Counted from the stretch's first letter, positions 39,995 to 49,795 are shown. The stretch: 64,000 bases of DNA from an uncultured Candidatus Binatia bacterium (GCA_965214605.1 OZ243961.1:553917-617916), one strand, 5' to 3'. Translations and numbers: made by a program. Notes: generated from the sequence alone by a model not told the origin.

Positions 39995-41095
39995 GCTTTG
40001 GCCAGCGGTTTTCGTTTGGCTCGCGGCGGCACGGCAGTTGCTCTGGTTTACGGAGGGCGGGATTGCGTGCTCCCGGGATGGCGTCACGCGGGGATTGCAT
40101 CCCCCTCTCATCTCCAGCTAGTATCCGCAACAGGGGGGCATCGCCCATGCCCAAGAGGTTTGAGGACACGACGAGATCCATGATCCGCCCCGTGCAGACG
40201 TCAAAATCAATGAACCTGAACTTGGTGCGCCGGCCTGTTCCGGCAACTCAACGCGCAGCAACCGCTCAGCGTTTCGCACGGCAAACAGCGCAGCAACCTG
40301 CGCGCTAGGACGGAGAGAACGACCATGAGCGCTACACTGAGCCCCGCAGAACGCGCCCGCTTTCTCCAGGCGCTGAAGGAGGACTCCGACTTCCGCGAGG
40401 CGGTACGCCAGCACCTCCTGAGCGACGCACTGCTGGAACTGCCGGAAAAATTCGCCCAGTTCGCCGCCTACGTCAACGAATTTATCGCCAACACCAACGA
40501 ATTTATCGCCAACACCAACAAATTTATCGCCAACACCAACAAATTTATCGCCAACACCAACAAATTTATCGCCAACACCAACGAATTTATCGCCGACCAA
40601 AAGGTCTTCAATGCCCGCACCGAAGAACGCCTAGACCGGATTGACGACAACATCGGCATCCTGAAAGGCAACGCAGCGCGACGTCTGCTCAGAGATCACC
40701 TCGAAGGCGTCCTAGAACTCGTAGGCGTAGAGGATTTCGTAAGAATCCTGTCCAGCAGCGACCTGATTCGCCTGATGCGCACCTCAGGCATGGCTCGCGA
40801 GATACCCTACGGAGAACGGCGGAGTTTCTATGCCGCCGATCTGGTCATCGAAGCCGCCGACGCAACGGGTGCCCCCTGTTATATCACGGCCGAGGGGTCC
40901 TTCACCGCGGATAAGCGGGACAGCAGCCGGGCGATTCGGAATGCCGCATTCCTGACCCGGCTTACCGGCCACCCGGCCTCCCCTGTCGTTGCCAGCATGA
41001 GGAACGACTACGAAGTGCAAGAGCTGGTCAATCAGGAAACCATCCGCTGGTTCCAGCTGGACGAGCGGGACCTCGAAGCGGATTAGGACGTGATA
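39995..41095. repeat. tandem duplication unit 2
   Basis: see unit 1. Confidence 0.8.
40325..41086 (+). CDS. hypothetical protein with variable heptad tandem repeats, copy 2
   Basis: 253 aa; (FIANTNE/K)x5 and no RLDRVEG block; otherwise identical to copy 1. Confidence 0.6.
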   Translation: MSATLSPAERARFLQALKEDSDFREAVRQHLLSDALLELPEKFAQFAAYVNEFIANTNEFIANTNKFIANTNKFIANTNKFIANTNEFIADQKVFNARTEERLDRIDDNIGILKGNAARRLLRDHLEGVLELVGVEDFVRILSSSDLIRLMRTSGMAREIPYGERRSFYAADLVIEAADATGAPCYITAEGSFTADKRDSSRAIRNAAFLTRLTGHPASPVVASMRNDYEVQELVNQETIRWFQLDERDLEAD

Positions 41096-41677
41096 CGACC
41101 GCCGTGCCACCGCATATTTGCCGGCTGGCGCCACCACCGGACAAGTGAGCGGTGCCAGCCGTTCCCGAAACGGCCGCGCAGTTGCCGGAACCACCCCTGC
41201 GATTTCGCGGGTGTCTCAAATAATCAGACTGAATTTCAGGAGACATCACTATTCAGCGCTGAGTCGCGAGGTCTAGCCCGTAGCGTTCCGCTGATTGTGC
41301 CGTCGGGAGACTGCTCGGCCGGGGAGGCGCTGGCGAGCTGTGGTTCGGGGAGGCTGTCGCCATCGGCGAACATCCAGACCACATCAATGGGGTAGGCGTT
41401 GTTGGTGAGTACCACGTTGCGCAACGCCGTCTTGAGGTCCTCGGGCACCATATCGCGGCGTCCGTGCTGATAGGGGCGCCGGGATGAGAGCCGGGGCCGC
41501 CTACTGTGGCGTGTGTCCTTGTTTGGGGACGACGAGGAGTGTCGGGGGGAGAGGCGTGGAGTGCCTGTGGGCAAAATCTCTCGCTTTGATGCCGGGGGGG
41601 CCGGCGGGCTGCCCCGTTTGGGTGGCTGGGGACTGCCCGCGGACTGCCGGGCCGGCGATTAGGTGATGAGCCCGCCG

Positions 41678-41886
41678 AGTCTATTGTGACTCTGGATGAA
41701 GACGATGGCCTGCGCCTGAGGTATAACGGGAGCGCTGGCCGAGGCGCCGCCGCCGGCCTTCCCCGGCAGACGGCCCCCAGGCGCATCGCCGGGCAGAGAC
41801 AGGCCACACGGATTGCCCGGCGCCCCGCCTCACTCCAACTCGGTCACCGGGGTCCAGGCAGCCACTCCCAACACCGCAACGATCAT
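41678..41886. repeat. direct repeat copy B (degraded trpE(G) 3'-end copy plus the authentic MFS 3' end)
   Basis: aligns to 37599..37808; trpE tail reads VTLDEDDGLRLRYNGSAG... instead of LTLDEDYGLRLMYNVVVSLCADAGLP*. Confidence 0.8.
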
Positions 41887-43107
41887 CAGCCCGCTGGTGG
41901 CCGCGCAGGTGAGAAGAGGGCCGAGCCAATCGACCAGGACCCCAGCCAGCGGCGCCCCGATCAGGCCGGTCGTTCCCATAAACCCGAGGGTGTAGACCGA
42001 CAGGATCCGAGCCCGGTGGGAGGGCCGCGCCTGCTCTTGGAACACCGTCCGGCCGGCGCTCATAAAAATAGAGGCGCTCGTCCCCCATACCCCCACCACT
42101 AGCAAGGCTCCCCAGAAGGGCAGGCCAAACGACAGACTGCCAATGCAGCCGGCCCCGACGACCAGTGCCGTCACTTGGGCTCGTCCCTTACGCCGGATCC
42201 CACCGCGCCACAGGATGGTCCCTGCGCCAAAGATCGTGCCTAGTGGAAAGGCCATATTGAGCGTGGCGAGCTGAGCCACGTCGCCGCCATAGAAGTCCCG
42301 GACCAGCAACGGCAGGACGACCAGATAGGGACCGATAAAGCCGACCCCGACCACCATCACCAGTAACTGGAGTGGACGTAGGACCGGCGACCCAAAGACC
42401 TCCCGAACGCCCGCAACAAGGTCGCTCAGGCGAGCCCGCGTCTGCCCTGCTGTACTGCGTAACGATGGGGGGGGAAGTTTGCGCAACGTGGGCGCTCCAG
42501 CCAGCAAAACGAGCCCATGCATACACAGGGCCGGGACAATCCCCAGCCAACGCGCGCTGCCGGCCAAGAGCGCCCCCAGTGCTTGCGATGCCCACTGCGT
42601 CAGCGTCATACCAGCAACCGCCCGGAGCATGTTCGGTCCGGCAACTTCTGACAGCAGGGCGTCACGTGCCGGCATGGCAAACGCCTGCACCGTGCCCATA
42701 CCCAGGGCATAGCCAATCAGCAGGCTCATCGACAGCCAGCCCTTGGCCACAACGGCCACCAAACACCCGGACAGGGTGGCGGCGACGAGGTGTAGCCCAA
42801 TCAATAGCGTCCGACGATCGTTGCGGTCGGCCACCATCCCGCCGAGCAGAACCAGCAGGGTCGAGGGCAGCATGAGCGCGCTCTGGGCAATACCGACCCA
42901 ATCGGCATCGGCCTGCAAAACGCCGACAACCAACCATGAAAACAACACGCCCTGCATGCCAAAGGCGGTAAACCACGAGCCAAGGCCGGCCACGAACCAC
43001 AGGTAGAAGACCGGTTGCGAAGATGAGGAGGTTATGACCCGCCGCCCGGCGAGGGCGGGATGTGCTTGTTCATCGACCGTGAGTTTAACCGGGGGTGAGC
43101 TTGGCAC
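41830..43107 (-). CDS. MFS transporter
   Basis: 12-TM pattern, 425 aa. Confidence 0.75.
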   Translation of the reverse strand: MPSSPPVKLTVDEQAHPALAGRRVITSSSSQPVFYLWFVAGLGSWFTAFGMQGVLFSWLVVGVLQADADWVGIAQSALMLPSTLLVLLGGMVADRNDRRTLLIGLHLVAATLSGCLVAVVAKGWLSMSLLIGYALGMGTVQAFAMPARDALLSEVAGPNMLRAVAGMTLTQWASQALGALLAGSARWLGIVPALCMHGLVLLAGAPTLRKLPPPSLRSTAGQTRARLSDLVAGVREVFGSPVLRPLQLLVMVVGVGFIGPYLVVLPLLVRDFYGGDVAQLATLNMAFPLGTIFGAGTILWRGGIRRKGRAQVTALVVGAGCIGSLSFGLPFWGALLVVGVWGTSASIFMSAGRTVFQEQARPSHRARILSVYTLGFMGTTGLIGAPLAGVLVDWLGPLLTCAATSGLMIVAVLGVAAWTPVTELE

Positions 43108-43128
43108 GTATCATCCTCATTCAGGGGC

Positions 43129-43914
43129 TTATTGCTCTTCGTACCACTGGATTGCGCCCCGCAGCCCACGCTCTTTTCTGACGCGCCGAATCTCGTCATT
43201 GCCCGAGCCAAAGTGAAAAATGGCATCATATTCGGCGCCCGCCAGAACCGTGCTCCGAAAGCCTTGCAGATCCATGGCGCGGTTGATCGCCAATTTCTCC
43301 AACCGCAGCTTTTCCGCCGGCACCTTGGCCACCCGCCGGGCGTACCGATAGGTTTCGGCCTCCAGAGCGTCGGCCGGAAAGGTCCGGGTGGCAAAACCCA
43401 TGGCCTCGGCCTCTTTACCGCTGATCTGACTGCCTGGCAAAAACGCCATATATTTGGTCCGGTGCGGCCCGACCATCCAGTTCCACATTGAGCTCACAAA
43501 GCCCGCCCCGGCGGGGAGCGAGGGAAAGCCGAGTCGGGCATCGTCGGCCATGAAAATGACATCCGAGCAGGCACAGATCTGACTCGCCCCGGCCAGGCAG
43601 TAGCCATGGACCATGGCAATCACCGGCTTGGGCAACTCGCGCAGGCTGAGCCAACGTTCAATCATTGTTTGGAGTTCGGTTCGGTCGCCATCAACGGTTT
43701 TCGCTCCCCCGCCGCCGGCCAGGTCATAGCCGGCCGAAAACGCCCGTCCAGCGCCCCGAATGATAAGGACTTTGATCTCCTCATCGCAACCAGCCAAGGC
43801 AATTGCCTGAGAAAATTCGTCTAACAACGCCGGGTTCATGGCGTTCAGCTTCTCGGGTCGATTGAGCGTCAGCGTTCCGATCCGGTCCTGTTTGTCCAAG
43901 AGTACCAGGTCCAT
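43129..43914 (-). CDS. enoyl-CoA hydratase/isomerase (crotonase family)
   Basis: MDLVLLDKQDRIGTLTLNRPEKLNAMN; oxyanion-hole blocks. Confidence 0.8.
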   Translation of the reverse strand: MDLVLLDKQDRIGTLTLNRPEKLNAMNPALLDEFSQAIALAGCDEEIKVLIIRGAGRAFSAGYDLAGGGGAKTVDGDRTELQTMIERWLSLRELPKPVIAMVHGYCLAGASQICACSDVIFMADDARLGFPSLPAGAGFVSSMWNWMVGPHRTKYMAFLPGSQISGKEAEAMGFATRTFPADALEAETYRYARRVAKVPAEKLRLEKLAINRAMDLQGFRSTVLAGAEYDAIFHFGSGNDEIRRVRKERGLRGAIQWYEEQ

Positions 43915-44082
43915 AAGCCCCTCCCGTGCAGACCGTCCTTTGGCTTTTCCCCGCTCTGCACTTGTCCAGCCAAGCATTCAGAACCGTCTGAGTCTAGAGG
44001 CCCCGAGGCCGGACACGCCTAGCGCGCTTGCATAACACACAAAAAACCGGACATAATCCGCCGCCAAACAGGAGGAAACACG

Positions 44083-44700
44083 ATGAGCGAATCTACACTT
44101 CCCGAAGCCTGGGTCCGTATCCCGACCGAAGCCCAAGTTCGAGCAAAACTTCCGACAGGGACAAAGACAGGGCCGTACGATTTTGGCTTTGTGCCGGCCA
44201 TGGGGCGCCTGCTGAGTAGCCACAGCCGGATCGGTCCGCACTTCATCAATCTGTACAGAGAAATTATGTTCGCACCAGGCCAGCTCAGTCGCCAGGAACG
44301 CGAGATGATTGCCGCCGTCACTGCCGTAAGCCAAGACTGCTCCTATTGAACCAACTCTCACGTAGAGTTTCTGCGTGTGGAAACCGGGAATAGTCATTTG
44401 GTTGAGGCGATTCGCGCCAAGCAATGGCGTGAGCTGTCAAGCCTAACGGCCCGGCAGCGAGCCCTGTGTAGCCTAGCCGAGAAACTGAGCGCCAGCCCGA
44501 CCCGTATGATCGAGGCAGACTGGCAGCCGCTCCGCGAGCTAGGCTTCGACGATGAGGCGTGTTTGGAAGTCGCCCATATTGTCGGCATTTTTAATTATCT
44601 GACTCGCTTAGCCGACGGTTTTGGCCTACAGCTCGACGCCAAGATCCAGCAGGCCGCGGCAACAGGCGTGGCGCTTGGCCCCCCATCCCAATCAGTCTGA
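44083..44700 (+). CDS. AhpD-like/carboxymuconolactone-decarboxylase-family protein with in-frame TGA (candidate selenocysteine) at 44347
   Basis: ORFs 44083..44349 and 44377..44700 are one reading frame; junction reads VSQDCSY-TGA-TNSHVEFL, i.e. the family's C-x-x-C-x-x-x-H core with TGA at the second Cys. Confidence 0.55.
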
Positions 44701-44721
44701 GTAGGGGACGCGAAAAAATCT

Positions 44722-45433
44722 ATGGCGGCCTATGCAATTGGCGATGCCCAGGGCTGCTTTGCCGGTCCGATGGCGCTGTCAGAGGCGATTTGTTTCAATC
44801 GGAGGCGCCATACTCTGTGGTTTACGGGCGACCTAGTCAATCGGAGGCCTGACTCGCTTGGGATCGTGCGCTTTGTCCCCGACCCCGTCCCACGGACGGG
44901 ATGGAGCCTGAGGGACCATGGCCTCCATCTGCTAGCCGTTGCCCACGGTCAGCGCAAACTGCATCCTAAGGATACGCTGAGGGATATCCTCGAAACGCCC
45001 GACCGTGATATACTGCTTGACTGGCTCCGACACAGTCCTCTGCTACACCACGACGAGGTTACCCCTGATGACCACCGATCATAGTTCACTCTGCGAAAAT
45101 CGGCGCGTCAGTCTAATCCACGCTGGTCTGCCACCGCGTTGGCCCCTAGCCGGGGTCCAACGCCACGCCCGAGCGGTCGAAACCGGTCTACAGGGACCCG
45201 ACTTGGCCGCTTGCCTGGTCGGGATCACCCACAAAACGTGCCGGACAACGCCTAGCGCTGTCCCCCCCTCGCCTTCCCCTACCACCACCTGCTTGACCCG
45301 AAGCTGCTCCTATAGTGCCGAGGGGGTGCTTGACGTAGTGTACAAGGGTCCGTTGGGGACGCAGCCCTGCCTGCCGTGGTTTGCCGCGCCATACCAGGCC
45401 CACGCCGGCCAAGAGATTATCTTTGGCCACTAG
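44722..45433 (+). pseudogene. apaH: bis(5'-nucleosyl)-tetraphosphatase (symmetrical) ApaH, frameshifted and C-terminally truncated
   Basis: N-terminal 120 aa (AIGDAQGC...LWFTGDLVNRRPDSL...LLDWLRHSPLLHHDE) in one frame, C-terminal ApaH blocks (LIHAGLPPRW..., LPWFAAP...EIIFGH) in another (45005..45433), ending prematurely. Confidence 0.6.
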
Positions 45434-45607
45434 GCCACTTTGGATGGGGAATTTATGGTCTGGACACGGCCGGTGTGTAGGACGGCCGGCTAACCGCGAT
45501 GAGTCTAGAAACCAAACGTCGAACCAGCGTTGCCTGCCGAGATATAGTGGCGTGTGGAGCCTTAGAATCCGGCTCTCCCTCGTCTCTCAGGCGTTCAGAG
45601 ATCGCAT

Positions 45608-47386
45608 ATGCCTACTGAGCTGAGCAAGGTCCTTCTCCATCGAGGGGTACTCCAACGGCTGCGTCTGGCATCCGGGAGCGTCCTGTTTTGCTATGTCGGC
45701 CTGCACCTGCTCAACCATGCGCTAGGCTTGGTTTCCCTAGCGGCAATGGAGGCCGGCCGCACCTGGTTTCTCTTTGTGTGGCGCAGCCCGGTCGGCTCGC
45801 TGCTCTTATACAGCTCGCTGAGTGCACATGTAGCTCTGGCCCTGGTCTCAGTCTACCACTACCGCCACTCCCGTCTTTCACCCCGCGAGCGGTTTCAGTT
45901 TGTGTTCGGCTTTCTCATCCCCCCGCTATTGATCCCCCATATCGTTGGTACCCGTCTGGCTCACGACTGGTACCAGATGAACGATTCATACACCTTTCTC
46001 GTTCTGCGCTACTCGGTGCTGAGCCCCGGGCTCGGCATTATGCAGTCTCTCCAACTCGTCTTGACCTGGCTACACGGCTGCATGGGTCTTTACTCCTGGC
46101 TGCGCCTCAAGCCTTGGTACCCGCGCGCGGCCATGACCCTCTACAGCCTAGCCCTACTGCTGCCGGTGCTGGCCGTGCTCGGCTTCAGTCAGGCTGGACA
46201 GGAAGTTGCCCGCCTAGCCCAGCAGCCGGGCTGGACCGAACAGCTGTTCCAGACCGTCAATACGCTAAGCCCAGCCCAAGAGGCGCTGCTGCAGCAAACC
46301 GGTTTATTGATGATCGGCGGCTATGCGCTCAGTGTGGCCGGGGTGTATCTCATCCGGGTCGTCCAGCGGCGCTATCTTCGGTCTCAGCGGGCGATCCAGA
46401 TTACCTATCCCCACGGTCAAACCCTGACCGCTCCCCAGGGTGCCAGCGTGCTGCAAATCAGCCGCCGGGCCGGCATCCAGCACGCCTCGGTCTGTGGTGG
46501 ACGCGGCCGGTGTTCAACCTGTCGGGTGCGGATCGTGCAGGGCCTTGAGTTGCTGCCAACCAGCAACGAAGCAGAGCGGCGCGTGCTGAGACGGGTCGGC
46601 GCCCCGCCAAACGTCCGCTTGGCCTGCCAGCTACGGCCGACCCACGACCTGACCGTTATTCCGCTCCTACCCGCCAGAGCCCAGGCCAGAGAGGGTTTTG
46701 CTCAGGCTGGCTATTTGGCCGGCCAGGAGAGAGAGATTGCCGTTTTATTTGCCGATTTACGCGGTTTTACCCGCATCTCCGAACATAAGCTGCCCTACGA
46801 TGTGGTGTTTCTGCTAAACCGATATTTCGAGGTCGTCGGCAATGCCATTGAGCGGGCAGGCGGTATTGCCAATCAGTTCACCGGCGACGGCGTGATGGCC
46901 CTATTCGGGGTGCAGAGCACCCCCCGAACGGCCAGCCGCCAGGCCCTAGCCGCGGCCGTGGCGATGGTCCAGGGTCTGGCCGAGCTCAGTCTGCTCCTAG
47001 CCGAGGAACTCGATGCGCCGCTCAGGCTAGGTATCGGGATTCATACCGGACCGGCCGTTGTCGGTCGTATGGGCCGGGGGGTGGCCTCGTACCTGACCGC
47101 GGTCGGTGATACCGTGCATGTTGCCAGCCGCCTCCAAGACCTGACCAAGGAGTATCAGTGTCAGATGGTGATTTCCGAACAGCTAGCCGCCTATGCCGGC
47201 CTTGATGCGACCCCCTTCCTCCGCCATGAATTGACGGTCCGTAACCGTGGCGAGCCGATTGTGATTCGGGTCATCAAAGACGTCCGTGCGGTGGAGATTC
47301 AGACGCTGGCCGACAAGATGGACGAGACAAGCGAGATGAGCAGGACAGGCAAGACCGTTCGGCCAGATCAGCATCAGGCCTCCTAG
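45608..47386 (+). CDS. membrane-anchored adenylate/guanylate cyclase with plant-type 2Fe-2S ferredoxin domain
   Basis: N-terminal 5-6 TM segments; CGGRGRCSTCRV ferredoxin cysteines; class III cyclase domain (IAVLFADLRGFT...). Confidence 0.7.
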   Translation: MPTELSKVLLHRGVLQRLRLASGSVLFCYVGLHLLNHALGLVSLAAMEAGRTWFLFVWRSPVGSLLLYSSLSAHVALALVSVYHYRHSRLSPRERFQFVFGFLIPPLLIPHIVGTRLAHDWYQMNDSYTFLVLRYSVLSPGLGIMQSLQLVLTWLHGCMGLYSWLRLKPWYPRAAMTLYSLALLLPVLAVLGFSQAGQEVARLAQQPGWTEQLFQTVNTLSPAQEALLQQTGLLMIGGYALSVAGVYLIRVVQRRYLRSQRAIQITYPHGQTLTAPQGASVLQISRRAGIQHASVCGGRGRCSTCRVRIVQGLELLPTSNEAERRVLRRVGAPPNVRLACQLRPTHDLTVIPLLPARAQAREGFAQAGYLAGQEREIAVLFADLRGFTRISEHKLPYDVVFLLNRYFEVVGNAIERAGGIANQFTGDGVMALFGVQSTPRTASRQALAAAVAMVQGLAELSLLLAEELDAPLRLGIGIHTGPAVVGRMGRGVASYLTAVGDTVHVASRLQDLTKEYQCQMVISEQLAAYAGLDATPFLRHELTVRNRGEPIVIRVIKDVRAVEIQTLADKMDETSEMSRTGKTVRPDQHQAS

Positions 47387-47418
47387 CGGTCTAACCCAAC
47401 GGGAAGGAACGTCCAAGC

Positions 47419-48474
47419 GTGAAATTTGGTCTGTTCTATCAACTGCCCTGCGCGCCTGAGCAAGACCCGTCGACCCGTTATCAGGAAACGCTCGAACAGA
47501 TTCAATACGCTGACGAACTCGGCTTTGATACGGCTTGGCTGGCAGAGCTGCATTTTAATCCTCATTTCTCGGTCATGCCCGCACCACTAGTCTTTGCCGC
47601 GGTCATTGCTCAGCATACCAAACGCATTCGTCTCGGCACAGCAGTCGCCCTGCTGCCCCTCCAGCACCCGCTACGAACCGCCGAGGAAGCGGCGGTGGTC
47701 GATGTCTTGAGCCACGGCCGCCTGGAACTCGGCGTCGGTCGGGGGGAGATTGCGATTCACTTTCAGGGCTTTGATGTGCCGCGCGAACAAGGTCGGGAGC
47801 GCTTTATCGAAGCCCTGTCGCTTATCCACCACGCCTGGACGCACGAGACGTGCAGCTTTGACGGCAAATACTTCCATGTTCCAGAGACGACCATCGTGCC
47901 TAAACCCGTCCAACATCCCCATCCGCCTATGCGGATTGCGGCCAACAGTCCTGAGACGGCCATGTTTGCCGGTCAGCAGGGCTATCCGGTGTTTGTTGCC
48001 TCTCCGATCAACCGCCACAACAAATTATCTGAACATATCGGTCGCTACCAAACAGCCCTTCGTGATGCGGGCCACGACGTGAGCAAACAAGACGTGGCGA
48101 TTACCTTCCCGGTTTTTGTGGCTGACAGTTTGGAGCAGGTCCGCCGTTGCGTCGAGCCGAGTTTCCTCAACTACTTTCGGGCCATCGGTATCCAAGCACG
48201 CCTCGGGGCACGCGACGATTCGGCCAAATATGACTACCTGCGCGCCATCGTCAAACGGACCGAATCCATGACTTGGGAGCGCATCGAGGCCAGCATGGGG
48301 CTGTACGGACCGTCGAGACGGTGTATCGACAAGATTCAGGATATCGCCACCAACTGCCGCATGGACCAGCTCATCTGTTGGTTTAATCCGGGTGGCTTAG
48401 TGCCCCATCATGAGGTCTTGACCAGCATGCGGCGGTTTGCCGAAGAGGTCATGCCCGCAGTGCGCCACCTTTAG
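47419..48474 (+). CDS. LLM-class flavin-dependent oxidoreductase (paralog B)
   Basis: MKFGLFYQLPCAPEQDP...; ~70% identical to the 30262..31326 product. Confidence 0.75.
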   Translation: MKFGLFYQLPCAPEQDPSTRYQETLEQIQYADELGFDTAWLAELHFNPHFSVMPAPLVFAAVIAQHTKRIRLGTAVALLPLQHPLRTAEEAAVVDVLSHGRLELGVGRGEIAIHFQGFDVPREQGRERFIEALSLIHHAWTHETCSFDGKYFHVPETTIVPKPVQHPHPPMRIAANSPETAMFAGQQGYPVFVASPINRHNKLSEHIGRYQTALRDAGHDVSKQDVAITFPVFVADSLEQVRRCVEPSFLNYFRAIGIQARLGARDDSAKYDYLRAIVKRTESMTWERIEASMGLYGPSRRCIDKIQDIATNCRMDQLICWFNPGGLVPHHEVLTSMRRFAEEVMPAVRHL

Positions 48475-48566
48475 GATCTTCTGCTTGCCGTGCCACCGAA
48501 ACATTCGTAGACTCTGCTCCCTTCGGGAGTTGCCCTGGGAGGAGCCTGAAACGAGGAGAGGGCGCT

Positions 48567-49250
48567 ATGCTACACCTACATTTTCTGATTCAACGCAAAG
48601 ATGGGATCAGTCGTCAGGACTTTTCAGCTCACTGGCGGAATATCCACGCTCCCCTGGCCGTCAAAATACCCGGCATCCACCGTTATGTTCAAAACCACAC
48701 CCCACCGTTTCTCAGTAGAAACCCGGCCTATGACGGGATTGTTGAAATCTGGATGGACGATGAGGCAGCGGTCAAAGCGGCGTTTGACAGTCTGGAGTAT
48801 CGCAATGGTGCCTATGTTGACGAACCCAACTTTGTTGACCTCAAGCAAGTGATCCGTCTCCGCACTCACGACGAGGTGATACTGCCCGGCGACCCGATCG
48901 GTAAAGACGCAGACCTCATCAAACGCGTCTCCTTTATCAAGCGTAAACCAGGTATGAGTCCTGAAGAGTTTTCGCGCTACTGGCGTAAGGTGCACGGCCC
49001 GCTAGCCCTAGCTCTGCCCGGTCTACGTCGCTACGTACAGTGCCACGTTGTCCCGTCGACGTATGAAAAAGGCGAGCCGGCCTATGACGGAGTGGCCCAG
49101 ATTTGGTTTGAGACGCTGGCCGACCTGCAGTACGCCATGGACTCATCAGAGTACAAACGGAGTGCTCAGGCTGACGGCCTCAAGTTTGTTGACCCCGAGC
49201 GGATCATGCATGTGCTGAGCGAAGAAAATCGGGTGATATGGCCGGAATAA
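48567..49250 (+). CDS. tandem EthD-domain protein (paralog B)
   Basis: two EthD-like halves (LIQRKDGISRQDFSAHWRNIHAP... / IKRKPGMSPEEFSRYWRKVHGP...). Confidence 0.6.
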   Translation: MLHLHFLIQRKDGISRQDFSAHWRNIHAPLAVKIPGIHRYVQNHTPPFLSRNPAYDGIVEIWMDDEAAVKAAFDSLEYRNGAYVDEPNFVDLKQVIRLRTHDEVILPGDPIGKDADLIKRVSFIKRKPGMSPEEFSRYWRKVHGPLALALPGLRRYVQCHVVPSTYEKGEPAYDGVAQIWFETLADLQYAMDSSEYKRSAQADGLKFVDPERIMHVLSEENRVIWPE

Positions 49251-49289
49251 GCAGGGAGATGCCCGTTCTCTGCCTTCGATCTCTTCCGC

Positions 49290-49795
49290 TCACGCTTGCT
49301 GCCGAACAGTCGGTGAGGCTTCTGACCTTTGCAGGGATGGCTGAGCAAACAACGCGAAAAACCGCTCCCACGTCCGCGGTCGCCCAACGGCGCTGTCCGG
49401 CCAGAGCAGCGCCGTAGCCACCCCTATCGCACAGTTCAGTCCCAATCCGCACAGCCCCGAATCAAACACCCAGATGTGGCCGACGCCGCCGAGCGTCAGT
49501 CCCCCCACTGTCAGGACTCCGACGCCAAGATCGGCCAGGGTCGCGCGGCCTGAAAACCGCGGCCAGTAGAGGCCCAGGATCAAGGGCGGATAGAGCTGCA
49601 TAACGTATTGCCGCTAAACTTGGTGGCCAACATAGCAAAAAAGAGCACGACTGGCCCGGTTGTCTTACCGCCCAGAAAATAGTCTCTGGCACTCCAGGTG
49701 CGGCCGGACCGAAAGGCCCAATAGCCGATCAGGATGTGGCTCAGCAGATACAGGCTGAGAATCAGTAACGCCTCAAACCCCAGCCCGTCGGTCAT
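49290..49795 (-). pseudogene. remnant of a sodium:solute symporter (SSF) gene
   Basis: 70-aa N-terminal SSF fragment (49580..49795) and a C-terminal TM fragment (49290..49601) in different frames; ~0.5 kb total versus ~1.5 kb expected. Confidence 0.4.

Noticed and set aside
37599-41886. Searched the insertion flanks and intergenic regions for a tRNA gene as an integration target
   Set aside because: No T-loop/acceptor-stem-like sequence found by eye. The integration target appears to be the trpE(G)/MFS convergent 3' ends instead.
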